This document shows positions 10,701-19,776 of a DNA stretch of 64,000 nucleotides, one piece after another. This stretch comes from Chlamydiota bacterium (GTDB lineage Bacteria > Chlamydiota > Chlamydiia > Chlamydiales > JAAZZY01). Numbering within the stretch: the stretch's first letter is position 1; each line of letters starts with the position of its first letter. The notes below the pieces were generated by a model. It saw only the letters and a program-made list of their open reading frames with translations, had not been told where the DNA came from and did not search any database. Location: contig JAJACV010000020.1 of NCBI GenBank assembly GCA_022601335.1, positions 19,274-83,273 on the forward strand, in the 5' to 3' direction. Made by a program: the position numbers and the translations under genes.

Positions 10701-10792
10701 TTAATCTCAGTCATTAGAATGTCTTCAGGTTCTTTTGATGAAAAAAAACGGTCTACTTGTTTGGCAAAATAGCTAGAAATTGGATTTGACAT
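7769..10792 (-). CDS. Large coiled-coil orphan protein, candidate type III effector
   Basis: 1007 aa, rich in K/E/L/A heptads, MSNPISS N-terminus, no signal peptide, own promoter and terminator. Confidence 0.7.
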   Translation of the reverse strand: MSNPISSYFAKQVDRFFSSKEPEDILMTEIKDVKKNLVDTLSDKLGSSIESTVLDVQSKIQEFNTKLDAICKDRADNAYFTKELQSPKALKTLFAEQIDKEMAKTELRVGDKELKNDLIITQNKDVYAQSVVENRGAFEGVYSDLNILDAFSLPQISHTSKGGSALDIRNELVDAYELVRKNLTQNSTEDGVTVHSLSRDLASMKRQAKSGLKDGELEIHKQIELTHKELELNNAYLAKQKELHKVLDNALGVESADCFGKSLIQKLNAVQNLIQVQQGEITKLRKNITALESKKEEVLKLDSLTNSADIQLYFEMRLNAHLKSEENDLENAFARSASLLNQGQLETLESAKPLLHKGPSTPEAVRRETTEKDIYYRNDIKQDRLMANLLEAEQNLEEFKAEKKRIAAQITEIYQSYEKVSQSVDAFLGEVRSGSVTFGEDLAKVSNALKAFDLDNTKLHPQFLNNITGKLAQAKAELVARGLFELNEENSLLNLEESNLEKAKAAKNSLLAKKEQVKVLSESAKKEASRALQMQSTDLQSKLGKANEELNDLLDQPEFLPADSDTSLFKKAQNKILGKSFKDAKALLIESKNQEIALIKRAQKVVSVAIVESSNNAGTLLASKNAPLDKLLEDKEAVISDIQNRVDLRARYVTKLKAQLNDVTVDLNHANASLKEKLSELPAFETVGINNPSIQRWVNEQARLAGVLNAYASLEPQDAFEDALEEKLTGKAAVDAYVKGKVSAKIEEAIAALVRSDEPLSSELIVSTALNKLNIFERYSDNEIAQFIAKAVSRLEEAYGVDKTLESKHQETLKLKERVELAITEVKADESKSILAGENVSGQTKLLMMIQDLKLKVVANIETLNALVKERAVHLLALQECDKRQKTSNSDDLKEARKVLESKAQGIDEKIVVADAEQNKFARTVKDLSGIKANTPQELVQLIDEDLKSRGAALESLVALRDEKEGLQLKVLELAKAAEALEISLDERKKKEKKAVKKAFEIFGFSI

Positions 10793-10850
10793 GGGATTTT
10801 ACTCTCTTTTTTATTATTTTATTATTACTATATTAAATATCCTATTCCTG

Positions 10851-10879
10851 ATTATAGTATTTAATAAATAAAAAGTCAA
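10851..10879 (-). promoter_or_regulatory. Sigma70/sigma66-type promoter of the 1007-aa gene
   Basis: Minus strand TTGACT-N17-TATAAT. Confidence 0.75.
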
Positions 10880-10911
10880 CTTTAATTTACTGTATTTAAT
10901 AGATTGTAAAC

Positions 10912-10941
10912 AAAAAAAAACGCTTCAAAATGAAGCGTTTT
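10912..10941 (-). terminator. Intrinsic terminator after the 57-aa ORF
   Basis: Minus strand AAAACGCTTCA-TTT-TGAAGCG followed by T9. Confidence 0.8.
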
Positions 10942-10970
10942 AAACCGTTAAGCCTACTTTAAAAACTCTT

Positions 10971-11144
10971 TTATATAGAGTAATCTACAGCTAAGATCTC
11001 CTCAAGAGACATCTTAAGACTGTCAACCCCTTGATCAAAACCGAATCTCACAAGAAGTGAGTTTACATAGGCGAGCTCTGACTCTAGATGATCTACTTGG
11101 CTCTCTAGAGAGGCTATTTTGGCGTTTAATTTTGTATTATCCAT
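10971..11144 (-). CDS. Small 57-aa coiled-coil protein (below ORF-track cutoff)
   Basis: MDNTKLNAKIASLESQVDHLESELAYVNSLLVRFGFDQGVDSLKMSLEEILAVDYSI; GGAGA RBS, upstream promoter and downstream terminator. Confidence 0.8.
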   Translation of the reverse strand: MDNTKLNAKIASLESQVDHLESELAYVNSLLVRFGFDQGVDSLKMSLEEILAVDYSI

Positions 11145-11182
11145 ATTATTATCTCCAGTAAAACATATTTACCACATACTAA

Positions 11183-11211
11183 ATTATACACATTTTATTA
11201 ATAAATAACAA
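11183..11211 (-). promoter_or_regulatory. Promoter of the 57-aa ORF
   Basis: Minus strand TTGTTA-N17-TATAAT with TGTG just upstream of the -10. Confidence 0.6.
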
Positions 11212-11226
11212 CTATTAGTTTAAAAA

Positions 11227-11715
11227 CTAATCTGTAATGTAATTAATCTCTTGAGAGGTAATAGGAAAATTTTGAAAACCTTGCTTAAGATCACATTCCT
11301 GCTGCAAGACCTCCTCTTGGAGGCGTTCTTTTAAAAAAGTAAGATTCTTTCTTACATCTTGTGGATCCACCTGTTTGACAAGTCTTTTTTTTAGTTTTTC
11401 TTGAAGTTTTTTGATTTCAGGAATACTGGCGCTAAAGACTTGAAGATGCTTTTCAACTTCCATCTGTTTAATTTTTGTTTTGAGCTGTTTTTCTAATTTG
11501 ACTGCCCGAGCTCTTTGCTGGTAAAAGTCCTTACATTTTTGTCCGTCAAAATGAGTCTCTAAATCGTCTTTAACTTCGTCTAAAAAGCTGAGTTCCTCTC
11601 GAAATCCTTGCATAAATTTTTCTCTCTCAAATTCAGATAATAAGCGAAATTTAAAAGAATTCATAATCCTTTGTCCTTGGGTGACCTTTGTTTTTTGTTT
11701 GAAAATGGAAGCCAA
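11227..11715 (-). CDS. Hypothetical coiled-coil protein
   Basis: 162-aa K/E/Q-rich ORF filling the space divergent from the ferredoxin; start uncertain. Confidence 0.6.
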   Translation of the reverse strand: MASIFKQKTKVTQGQRIMNSFKFRLLSEFEREKFMQGFREELSFLDEVKDDLETHFDGQKCKDFYQQRARAVKLEKQLKTKIKQMEVEKHLQVFSASIPEIKKLQEKLKKRLVKQVDPQDVRKNLTFLKERLQEEVLQQECDLKQGFQNFPITSQEINYITD

Positions 11716-11817
11716 TTTTTAAATTTTTTTTTGCACCTATTTTTAATAAATGGTGACTTGAGTTTTATTGATTATCACTTTATTATTTGCAAGAATTTCT
11801 TAAACGATAGAGTAACG

Positions 11818-12081
11818 ATGGCTAAACTAATTATAGACGACACTTCTGAAGCATTTGATATCCCAGATAACAGCCCTATTGCTGAGGCTTGCGAGGGAGC
11901 TGGTGTCCCTTTTGCCTGCACTGAAGGTGTTTGTGGAACTTGCGTTATTGAAGTCAAAGAAGGAATGGAAAACCTCTCTGAGTTTACCCAAGAAGAAGAA
12001 GATTTTTTGGGTGATTTAGATACAGAGCGACTCGCTTGCCAATGTAACATTAAATCAGGAACAGTAAAGGTCTCGTATTAA
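11818..12081 (+). CDS. 2Fe-2S ferredoxin
   Basis: CTEGVCGTC...LACQC ligand pattern; ATG at 11818 (MAKLII) rather than the track start. Confidence 0.93.
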   Translation: MAKLIIDDTSEAFDIPDNSPIAEACEGAGVPFACTEGVCGTCVIEVKEGMENLSEFTQEEEDFLGDLDTERLACQCNIKSGTVKVSY

Positions 12082-12085
12082 TATT

Positions 12086-12646
12086 ATGGCTCAAGAAATT
12101 ACTATAGATATGACTATTGAGGAAATACTCTCTACGTATCCTCAAAAAAGTCAAAAAATCGCTCAAGCGCTTCAAAATGCAGGGCTCAATTGTGTTGGCT
12201 GCCATGCCTCTACCTGGGAAACTCTTGAAATGGGAGTTCTAGGCCATGGAATGACTCAAGATAACCTTCAAAATTTGGTCACATTACTCAATGCTATTCT
12301 CAACGAAAAAGTGGACTCCTCAACCATCACCATTACAAAAAGAGCTGCAGAAAAGTATCGCTCTATTTTAAAGAGTGAAGGAAAGGGTGAGTATGGACTG
12401 CGCTTTATGGAAAAAGCTGGAGGCTGTTCAGGCTTTGAATACACTTTAGATTACTCTGAAAAGGCCCTTGAAAACGACTCAACATATCATTCTGAGGGAC
12501 TTGAAATACACATTCCTAAAGAAATAGAAGAACGCCTTTTGGGTAGTGAAATAGATTATATTGATGGTCTCCAAGGAGCCGGTTTTAAAATCTCCAATCC
12601 AAACGTCAAATCATCTTGTAGCTGCGGCACTTCCCACAACTACTAA
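12086..12646 (+). CDS. A-type Fe-S carrier (IscA/HesB family) with N-terminal DUF1858-like domain
   Basis: GGCSGFEY and NPNVKSSCSCGTS; N-terminal GLNCVGC..ETLE. Confidence 0.9.
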   Translation: MAQEITIDMTIEEILSTYPQKSQKIAQALQNAGLNCVGCHASTWETLEMGVLGHGMTQDNLQNLVTLLNAILNEKVDSSTITITKRAAEKYRSILKSEGKGEYGLRFMEKAGGCSGFEYTLDYSEKALENDSTYHSEGLEIHIPKEIEERLLGSEIDYIDGLQGAGFKISNPNVKSSCSCGTSHNY

Positions 12647-14043
12647 AAATGTATCGTTTCTTTATGCACATCTAGTGCAGCTTCCTTAATAGCCTCTGAA
12701 AAGGTAGGATGAGGAAAACAAAGAGCTCCCAGCTCTTTAGCAGTGACCTTTTTCTCAATAGCTAAAGACCCAATAGCAATCATCTCTCCTGCATGTTCAC
12801 TCATAATATGCATCCCAATGATGATATCGCTCGCTTCATCTACTATAATTTGAACAAGCCCTTCTTTAGCATCCACGCAATGTGCTCTGGAATTAGCCAT
12901 AAAAGGAAATTTTCCTATTTTTGGATTTAAGCCATGAGCTTTAGCTTCCTCAGCTGTAAACCCTACAGACGCTACCTCAGGCTGAGTATACATAACATTC
13001 GGTATGGTCAGGTAGTTGACTTTAGGTTGAGAGCCTGCGATCTTTTCCACTACAGCGACCCCTTCTTCTGAGGCTTTGTGTGCTAACATAGGCCCCTCCA
13101 CCACATCTCCAATGGCATAGATATGAGACTGGCTTGTTTGAAAAGAGGGGTTTATTTGAACGCGTCCTTTTTCATCGCTTTGAATGCCCGCACTTTCTAG
13201 ATTTAGTCCCTCTGTATAAGGCTTTCTTCCAATAGATACTAAAATCACGTCAGAGTCTATCTGAACGACCTCGCCTTTAGAATCATTTAAAGTGAGTTGA
13301 AATGAGTCCCCCTTTCTCTCTTGAGAGACAAATTTATGACTAAGAAGAAACTTTAGCCCTTGTTTTGTTAAGGTTTTATGAAGAGCTGAGCTAATCTCTG
13401 GTTGTAAATTACCCCCAATATGATCTAGAGCCTCTACAAAAGTCACTTGAGAGCCCAGTCTATTATAAACCGAGCCTAGTTCAAGGCCAATGACACCCGC
13501 TCCAATAATCACTAAATTTTTAGGCACTGATTCCAGAGATAAAGCACCTGAAGAAGAAATGATTTTTTTTTCATCAATAGGCAAGCTGGGAAGTGAAATA
13601 GGCGTTGATCCTGTCGCAATAATCACATGTTTCGCATGAATTGACTGTGTTTCATTTTCAGATTGAAGAATCACTTCAGTGGGGCTTTTAAAAGAGGCGG
13701 TGCCCACAAAATGCTGAACTTTATTGCGTTTTAAAAGGCCACCTATACCCATATTGAGACCTTTTACAACACCAAGCTTTGTCTGCATCAGAGTTGAAAA
13801 ATTCAATGAGAGGTCTTGAAACTCAAGCCCATGCTTTGATCTGTGGTTTTTATCTTCGAAAAGTTGTTCTGAGTAATAGAGCAATGTTTTAGAAGGAATA
13901 CAACCTACATTCAAGCAAGTGCCCCCTAAATTATTTTCCTTTTCAACTAAGATAGTTTTAAGTCCTAACTTTCCAGCTCTCAGTGCTGCAACATAACCTC
14001 CAGGTCCTGCTCCAATCACTAATAGATCACATTCATGCGCCAT
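12643..14043 (-). CDS. lpdA: Dihydrolipoamide dehydrogenase (E3)
   Basis: GAGPGGY, GGTCLNVGCIPSK, GAGVIGLE, HPTFSE; likely start MAHECD at 14043. Confidence 0.97.
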   Translation of the reverse strand: MAHECDLLVIGAGPGGYVAALRAGKLGLKTILVEKENNLGGTCLNVGCIPSKTLLYYSEQLFEDKNHRSKHGLEFQDLSLNFSTLMQTKLGVVKGLNMGIGGLLKRNKVQHFVGTASFKSPTEVILQSENETQSIHAKHVIIATGSTPISLPSLPIDEKKIISSSGALSLESVPKNLVIIGAGVIGLELGSVYNRLGSQVTFVEALDHIGGNLQPEISSALHKTLTKQGLKFLLSHKFVSQERKGDSFQLTLNDSKGEVVQIDSDVILVSIGRKPYTEGLNLESAGIQSDEKGRVQINPSFQTSQSHIYAIGDVVEGPMLAHKASEEGVAVVEKIAGSQPKVNYLTIPNVMYTQPEVASVGFTAEEAKAHGLNPKIGKFPFMANSRAHCVDAKEGLVQIIVDEASDIIIGMHIMSEHAGEMIAIGSLAIEKKVTAKELGALCFPHPTFSEAIKEAALDVHKETIHF

Positions 14044-14074
14044 AATTTCACCTTTTTTTTTGGCCATAATTTGC

Positions 14075-15265
14075 CTAAAGATCTATCAAAAGGCAAGCAG
14101 GATCTTCAATTAAACGAGCAATATGGGCCAAAAAAGAGACTCCATCTTTTCCATCCACTATGCGATGATCATAAGAGAGAGCCAACACCATCATGGGGCG
14201 TATGACCACTTGCCCGTTGATGGCGCATGGCCTCTCAGAAATCTTGTGCATCCCTAAAATAGCGCTTTGGGGAGGGTTAACAATAGGTGTTGAAAAACTC
14301 GATCCAAAGATACCCCCGTTTGTAATGGTAAATCCCCCTGCCCTCATTTCATCCATAGAGAGCTTATTGTCTCTTGCCTTTGTAGATAGATTGACAATAG
14401 CTTGCTCAATCTGAGCAAAGCTCATTTGATCACAATCTGCTAAAACAGGAACCACGAGTCCTCGCTCTGTACTCATTGCAACATTGATATCTACATAATG
14501 GCGATAAACAATGTCCGCTCCATCAATGTATGCGTTCACAGCAGGATAAGCTTTTAATGCGCTGGAGACGGCTTTGACAAAAAACGACATAAACCCAAGC
14601 TTCACTTCATGCTCTTTCAAAAAAGCATCTTTATGCTTCTTGCGCATTTCTAAAATAGCGCTCATATCTACTTCATTGAACGTAGTAAGCATAGCCATGG
14701 TTTGCTTAGCATCTACAAGTCTACGCGCAATAGTCTGCCTAATTTTACTCATTCGCTTACGCTCCTCAGAGCGAGACTCCGAAGCTTTTTTCTCTATTTT
14801 AGGCGTTTCTTTTTTTGATATGGGAGAGCGTAATTCCTCCACAAAGGACTCAGGCTTCCTTCTCACTTCATCAAGAAGAGAAGAGCTCTCTTGCTCTTGT
14901 TTTGGATCTGCTGTTTCTTTAGGGGGCGCGCTTTCAGGGGGTTTATTTTCTACAGGCTGACTTTCAGGCGTTTTAACTTCTTCTTTTTTTTCAGAAACTT
15001 CAGGTTTAGCTTCCTCAGTAGTTGTTGCCTTAGAAGGATCCACCGAGCCGATGACTTGACCAATTTTGACAACATCACCCTCTTTGATATCCAGCTTAAG
15101 CTCTCCATTTTCTGGGGAAAACAAAACTTGATTGACCTTTTCTGTCTCTATTTCAAGAATTTCCTGATCCATTTTAACCTGAGAGCCATTCGCTACTAAA
15201 ATAGTCCCAACGGTGGCTTCAGTAATCGATTCTCCAAGAGATGGGATTTTGATTTCTATACTCAT
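14075..15265 (-). CDS. sucB: 2-oxoglutarate dehydrogenase E2 (dihydrolipoamide succinyltransferase)
   Basis: Lipoyl domain [24 protein letters not shown]. Confidence 0.96.
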   Translation of the reverse strand: MSIEIKIPSLGESITEATVGTILVANGSQVKMDQEILEIETEKVNQVLFSPENGELKLDIKEGDVVKIGQVIGSVDPSKATTTEEAKPEVSEKKEEVKTPESQPVENKPPESAPPKETADPKQEQESSSLLDEVRRKPESFVEELRSPISKKETPKIEKKASESRSEERKRMSKIRQTIARRLVDAKQTMAMLTTFNEVDMSAILEMRKKHKDAFLKEHEVKLGFMSFFVKAVSSALKAYPAVNAYIDGADIVYRHYVDINVAMSTERGLVVPVLADCDQMSFAQIEQAIVNLSTKARDNKLSMDEMRAGGFTITNGGIFGSSFSTPIVNPPQSAILGMHKISERPCAINGQVVIRPMMVLALSYDHRIVDGKDGVSFLAHIARLIEDPACLLIDL

Positions 15266-18033
15266 TTAGATTCCTCATTAAACAAAGTCTTCATCAGTTT
15301 TTCAAAGCTTCGCTGATGCCCTTTATGAAATCCTTCTGCCGTTGAAGCACTACGCGGACGACCACAATATTTCAAAGGCATCGATTTAGGAAGGTGTTTT
15401 TTTAAAATAGGTTGAATGTGATACCAAGCACCCATATTTTTTGGTTCTTCTTGCACCCAAAAGCACTTTTCACAAGCTTGATACTTTTCAATGATTGCCT
15501 GCAGTTTTTCCTGATGTACAGGATAGAGCTGCTCTACTCTTATAAAGACTAAATCCTTTCGGTTATTTTTTTCTCGAGCATCCAAAAGATCATAATAAAT
15601 TTTCCCTGTGCAAAAGATTAAGACTCGCGCCTCGACTCCTACCATAGGATCATCTATAACTTCTTGAAAGCTACCTGTAGACAAATCCTTAAGAGAAGAG
15701 ACACATTTAGGATGCCGAAGTAGTTTTTTTGGAGTAAAAACAATTAAAGGTTTTCGGTAATACTTTAGAGCTTGCCTGCGCAAAAGGTGAAACATTTGAG
15801 CGGGAGTAGATGGCATCGCTATAAGCATACTTTTATTTCCAGCGAGCTGTAAAAACCTCTCGACTCTTGCAGAAGAATGCTCCGGACCCTGGCCTTCGTA
15901 TCCATGTGGCAATAAAAGGATTAAATTACTCAATCGATTCCACTTTTCCTCTCCACCTGAAATATAAGCATCAATAATGATTTGACCTCCGTTTGCAAAA
16001 TCACCAAACTGTGCCTCCCACAGAACGAGTCCTTTTGAGGTGGAAATACTATAGCCATATTCAAATCCAAGGCAAGCGTACTCTGAGAGAGGCGAGTTAT
16101 ATACAACAAACTTTCCTTGACCTTCTTTCAGATTATTTAGAGGGATGTATTTTTGAGATTTTTTTTGATCGACGATAACCGCATGCCTATGACTAAACGT
16201 CCCTCTCTCTGAATCCTGGCCTGCTAGACGAATCGAAAATTCTTCGTATAGTAAAGAAGCATAAGCTAAGTTTTCGACTAAACCCCAATCTAAAACAGCT
16301 TGCTTTTGCTCTTCTAATACAGCCGCTCTACGCATCCCTAGAAGCTGAGCTATTTTTTTATGTGGAGTAAAATCTTGAGGAATTTCAGTTATCTTAGTCA
16401 CTATTTCTTTCAAGATTTCTTCCTGAACGTGCGTCTGGACCTCTTTATAAAGATCATCCTCAGACTTAAGCCTAGACTCTTTCCAGTAACCCCACCTATT
16501 TCCAAATAGTTTTTCTCTATCTAAATCTTCCCCTTGAAGGTTTTGACTTTCAACTAAAGCTTGTTGCAGAGAGTCTTTAAATTTGATTTCTTCTTGCTCT
16601 GCAGTTTTTTTCTCTAAAACACCTTCATTAATAAGCTGATCTCTATAAATCTCTCTAATAGATTTCTTAGCCCGAATCAGTCGATATTGAAGGGGCTGTG
16701 TGTAAGCGGGCTCATCTCCTTCATTGTGTCCATATTTTCGATAACCATTGAGGTGAATAAAAACATCACACTTAAACTTTTGCCTCACTTCAACGGCAAG
16801 ATAAGTGGCAAAGAGACACCCCTCTGGATCTTCAGCGTTCACATGAAAAATAGGTGTATCAAAGGCTTTCCCTATATCCGTTGGATAAGGCGTGGACCGA
16901 TCTTCTTTTGGTAGAGTGGTAAAGCCTATTTGATTATCCATGACTATATGTATGGATCCTCCTGTTTCAAACCCCTCGAGATGACACAGTTGCATTCCTT
17001 CATAAATAACGCCTTGCCCCGCAACAGAGGCATCTCCATGCACTTGAATGGCAAGGATTCGACTGCGATCTACATCTTCTTTATGCACTTGTTTCGCTCT
17101 AACTTGTCCTAAAGCAATTGCATTTACTGATTCTAAATGACTTGAATTTGGCGGGATAGAAATGTGCATGCGTTTACCCTGGCGACTTTCAATATCCGCT
17201 GAGTACCCTTTATGATATTTTACATCTCCAGAGCCTTCTTCTTTAGTGGGTTCATAATTTTCTGAAAATTCTCTAAACAAAAAGGCATAGGGTTTTTCAA
17301 AAATATTAGCTAGGAGATTAAGCCTGCCTCTATGAGCCATGCAAATGACTATTTCTTCTACACCCTTTTCAGCTCCTTGATCCACAATTCCACGAATAAT
17401 TGGAATAAAGGTATCTAGACCTTCAATAGAAAAACGCTTTTGTCCCACATACTTTGTGTGAATAAAGGACTCTAAAATCTCTGCACGATTCAAAAAATGT
17501 AGAATTTGCATTTTGTCATCTAGAGATAAGCTCTTAATAAATTCTTTCTCTACACGCTCTTGTATAAAAGCTATCAGCTCTGGATTTGTAATATGTTTAA
17601 ACTCAAACCCCACACGAGAGGCATATAGTTTTTTTAAATGATCTTCTAAGTCTGCTATCGACGCTTTATCTTGAGCGAGTAATCCATGAGTTGAAACTTC
17701 AGCAGAAGAATCTGTAAATCCATAAGTATGAATATCTAAAATAGAAGGAGACTCTCTTTTTTCCAAAGCAATAGGATCTATATCAGCCGATTGAAAACCC
17801 CAAGTTCTATAAGCTTCAATAAGTTGCAGCTCTCTTTGACTAGAAGAAATTTCATCTGAAAAAGTATTAGACGCTCCATAAGTTTGCGCAAACTCCATCC
17901 CCTCAAAAAAGCGTCTCCAAGAGGTATCAATTTCTTGGGGATTCTCTAGATACTGCTCATAAATATCCTCAACAAACTGATAGTTATTGAGTTGCGTAAA
18001 TGAAAGATGCTTATTTTTCTTCTCCATAACCAA
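15262..18033 (-). CDS. sucA: 2-oxoglutarate dehydrogenase E1
   Basis: [45 protein letters not shown]; start TTG 18033 or ATG 18027. Confidence 0.98.
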   Translation of the reverse strand: MVMEKKNKHLSFTQLNNYQFVEDIYEQYLENPQEIDTSWRRFFEGMEFAQTYGASNTFSDEISSSQRELQLIEAYRTWGFQSADIDPIALEKRESPSILDIHTYGFTDSSAEVSTHGLLAQDKASIADLEDHLKKLYASRVGFEFKHITNPELIAFIQERVEKEFIKSLSLDDKMQILHFLNRAEILESFIHTKYVGQKRFSIEGLDTFIPIIRGIVDQGAEKGVEEIVICMAHRGRLNLLANIFEKPYAFLFREFSENYEPTKEEGSGDVKYHKGYSADIESRQGKRMHISIPPNSSHLESVNAIALGQVRAKQVHKEDVDRSRILAIQVHGDASVAGQGVIYEGMQLCHLEGFETGGSIHIVMDNQIGFTTLPKEDRSTPYPTDIGKAFDTPIFHVNAEDPEGCLFATYLAVEVRQKFKCDVFIHLNGYRKYGHNEGDEPAYTQPLQYRLIRAKKSIREIYRDQLINEGVLEKKTAEQEEIKFKDSLQQALVESQNLQGEDLDREKLFGNRWGYWKESRLKSEDDLYKEVQTHVQEEILKEIVTKITEIPQDFTPHKKIAQLLGMRRAAVLEEQKQAVLDWGLVENLAYASLLYEEFSIRLAGQDSERGTFSHRHAVIVDQKKSQKYIPLNNLKEGQGKFVVYNSPLSEYACLGFEYGYSISTSKGLVLWEAQFGDFANGGQIIIDAYISGGEEKWNRLSNLILLLPHGYEGQGPEHSSARVERFLQLAGNKSMLIAMPSTPAQMFHLLRRQALKYYRKPLIVFTPKKLLRHPKCVSSLKDLSTGSFQEVIDDPMVGVEARVLIFCTGKIYYDLLDAREKNNRKDLVFIRVEQLYPVHQEKLQAIIEKYQACEKCFWVQEEPKNMGAWYHIQPILKKHLPKSMPLKYCGRPRSASTAEGFHKGHQRSFEKLMKTLFNEESK

Positions 18034-18197
18034 TCGCCCTCCCTTCTTTCCCCTATATTAAAAATATGTTTTTAAAACTATCTTTGAATTTACTTATTTT
18101 TCCATTTCAAAAAAAACACAAGTTAGGTAAAAAGCTCCTCAAAAAAGGAAAGAGAGCCCAATATGAACTCTCTCGACAACCCCTTCAGGATGCGAGT

Positions 18198-18653
18198 ATG
18201 AAAAGTGAAAGATTAAAAAAGCTAGAAACTGAACTGAAAGATTTAGAACAGTGGCAGAAGTTAGGCCTAGTTCCTAAAAAAGATACCGTCAAGCACCAGG
18301 AGGAAATCGAGGCCATCCGCTCGAAAATAACAGAAGAGAGTGATCGATTAAAGTTCTTAAAAGAAAGCGGTGAAGTTGAAGAGTATATCGTTCCTAAAAA
18401 AACGCCTCAAAGAACTCCCTACTCTGATCATCCCACTATCCCTGATATGGACATACAAGATGATGATATAGATAATATGGAAGTCACCATGGAAACAGTA
18501 ACGCTTGCTGCAGATTCCACGACAACAAGCGAAGCTAAAGACGACGACTCATTTGAAGATTATACGCGAGCGGATGAAGATGACCCATTCAGCGACAAAA
18601 ACCGCTGGAGACGAGGAATTTTGGATGCTGATCCCGACTCCGACCAATGGTGA
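18198..18653 (+). CDS. Conserved chlamydial protein (CT053-like)
   Basis: MKSERLKKLE..LGLVPKK N-terminus and DPFSDKNRWRRG..DPD..W C-terminus; lies between sucA and hemW as in Chlamydia; start moved to the ATG at 18198. Confidence 0.85.
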   Translation: MKSERLKKLETELKDLEQWQKLGLVPKKDTVKHQEEIEAIRSKITEESDRLKFLKESGEVEEYIVPKKTPQRTPYSDHPTIPDMDIQDDDIDNMEVTMETVTLAADSTTTSEAKDDDSFEDYTRADEDDPFSDKNRWRRGILDADPDSDQW

Positions 18654-19776
18654 TTTAAGCCTTTACTTCCACCTCCCCTTCTGTACAAAGAAATGTGATT
18701 ACTGTCATTTTTTTGTTTTACCAAACAAAAAAATGTATAAGGATCAATTACTACATTCCCTTTTGTTAGAAATAAATTTGCGCCGCCCCCAGTTAGAAGA
18801 TTCTAACATATGCTCCATCTATTTTGGTGGAGGCACTCCAGCTTTAGTAGGCCCTGAGTATATTGAAAGGCTACTTAAAGAATTGTCTTCCATCGTCTCA
18901 ATAGAAAATATTGAAATCACCCTGGAGCTCAATCCAGAGAATCAATCGCTAGAACTGTTACAAGGTTATCGAAAAGCAGGCATTAATCGCTTGAGTTTAG
19001 GGGTCCAATCATTTGATAATGACCTTTTAAAGAAGTTGAGTAGAACCCATACAGCAAAAGATGTAGATTTAGCTATTAACCATTCTTTTGAAGCTGGATT
19101 TGAAAATATATCTATCGACCTCATGTATGACCTACCGACTCAAACAGTTGCAGACTGGCAAAACACACTTGAGCGGGCTATTTCCTACCCTATCGAACAT
19201 CTCTCTTTGTACAATTTATCTATTGAAAAAGAAACGGTCTTTTATAAACATCGAGAAAAAATTACAGAACAAATGCCACAAGGAGAACTCTCTTTAACAC
19301 TTTTTGAGATGGCTTGTAATCTCTTAAAAGAAGGAGGCTTCACTCCCTATGAAATTTCCGCATTTTGTAGAAAAGGAGCTTATTCAAGACACAACACAGG
19401 TTATTGGCTACAGCGCCCTCATTTAGGTTTTGGTCCATCAGCCTTTTCTCTTTTTCCTCCTAATCGCTTTCAAAATGTAAAAAATCTAAAAAAATATTCT
19501 GAACTACTTAAAGAAGATCAACTTCCTACTGATTTTACTGAAACTTTATGTAAAGAGGCTTTCTTAAGAGAGAGTTTTGCGCTTAACCTTAGACTCTATC
19601 AAGGGTTAAGCTTGCCTGAATTTACTAATAGATTTGGCTCTTTGTCCTCAGAGCTTAAAGAGACTCTGAAGCGACTTGAAAAAATAGGTTGGATTACAAA
19701 AAAGGATCAAAGAATTTTTCTAACTGAATCTGGAAGACTCTATCACGATTCTGTAGCAAGTGAACTAGTTTACTAA
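18625..19776 (+). CDS. hemW: Radical SAM heme chaperone (HemN-like)
   Basis: LYFHLPFCTKKCDYC, YFGGGTP, SLGVQSF, YEISAF, HNTGYW; probable start ATG 18625. Confidence 0.9.
   Translation: MLIPTPTNGDLSLYFHLPFCTKKCDYCHFFVLPNKKMYKDQLLHSLLLEINLRRPQLEDSNICSIYFGGGTPALVGPEYIERLLKELSSIVSIENIEITLELNPENQSLELLQGYRKAGINRLSLGVQSFDNDLLKKLSRTHTAKDVDLAINHSFEAGFENISIDLMYDLPTQTVADWQNTLERAISYPIEHLSLYNLSIEKETVFYKHREKITEQMPQGELSLTLFEMACNLLKEGGFTPYEISAFCRKGAYSRHNTGYWLQRPHLGFGPSAFSLFPPNRFQNVKNLKKYSELLKEDQLPTDFTETLCKEAFLRESFALNLRLYQGLSLPEFTNRFGSLSSELKETLKRLEKIGWITKKDQRIFLTESGRLYHDSVASELVY

Noticed and set aside
7769-10792. SMC/Rad50 or phage tape-measure identity for the 1007-aa coiled-coil protein
   Set aside because: No Walker A/B or hinge motifs, and no phage genes nearby
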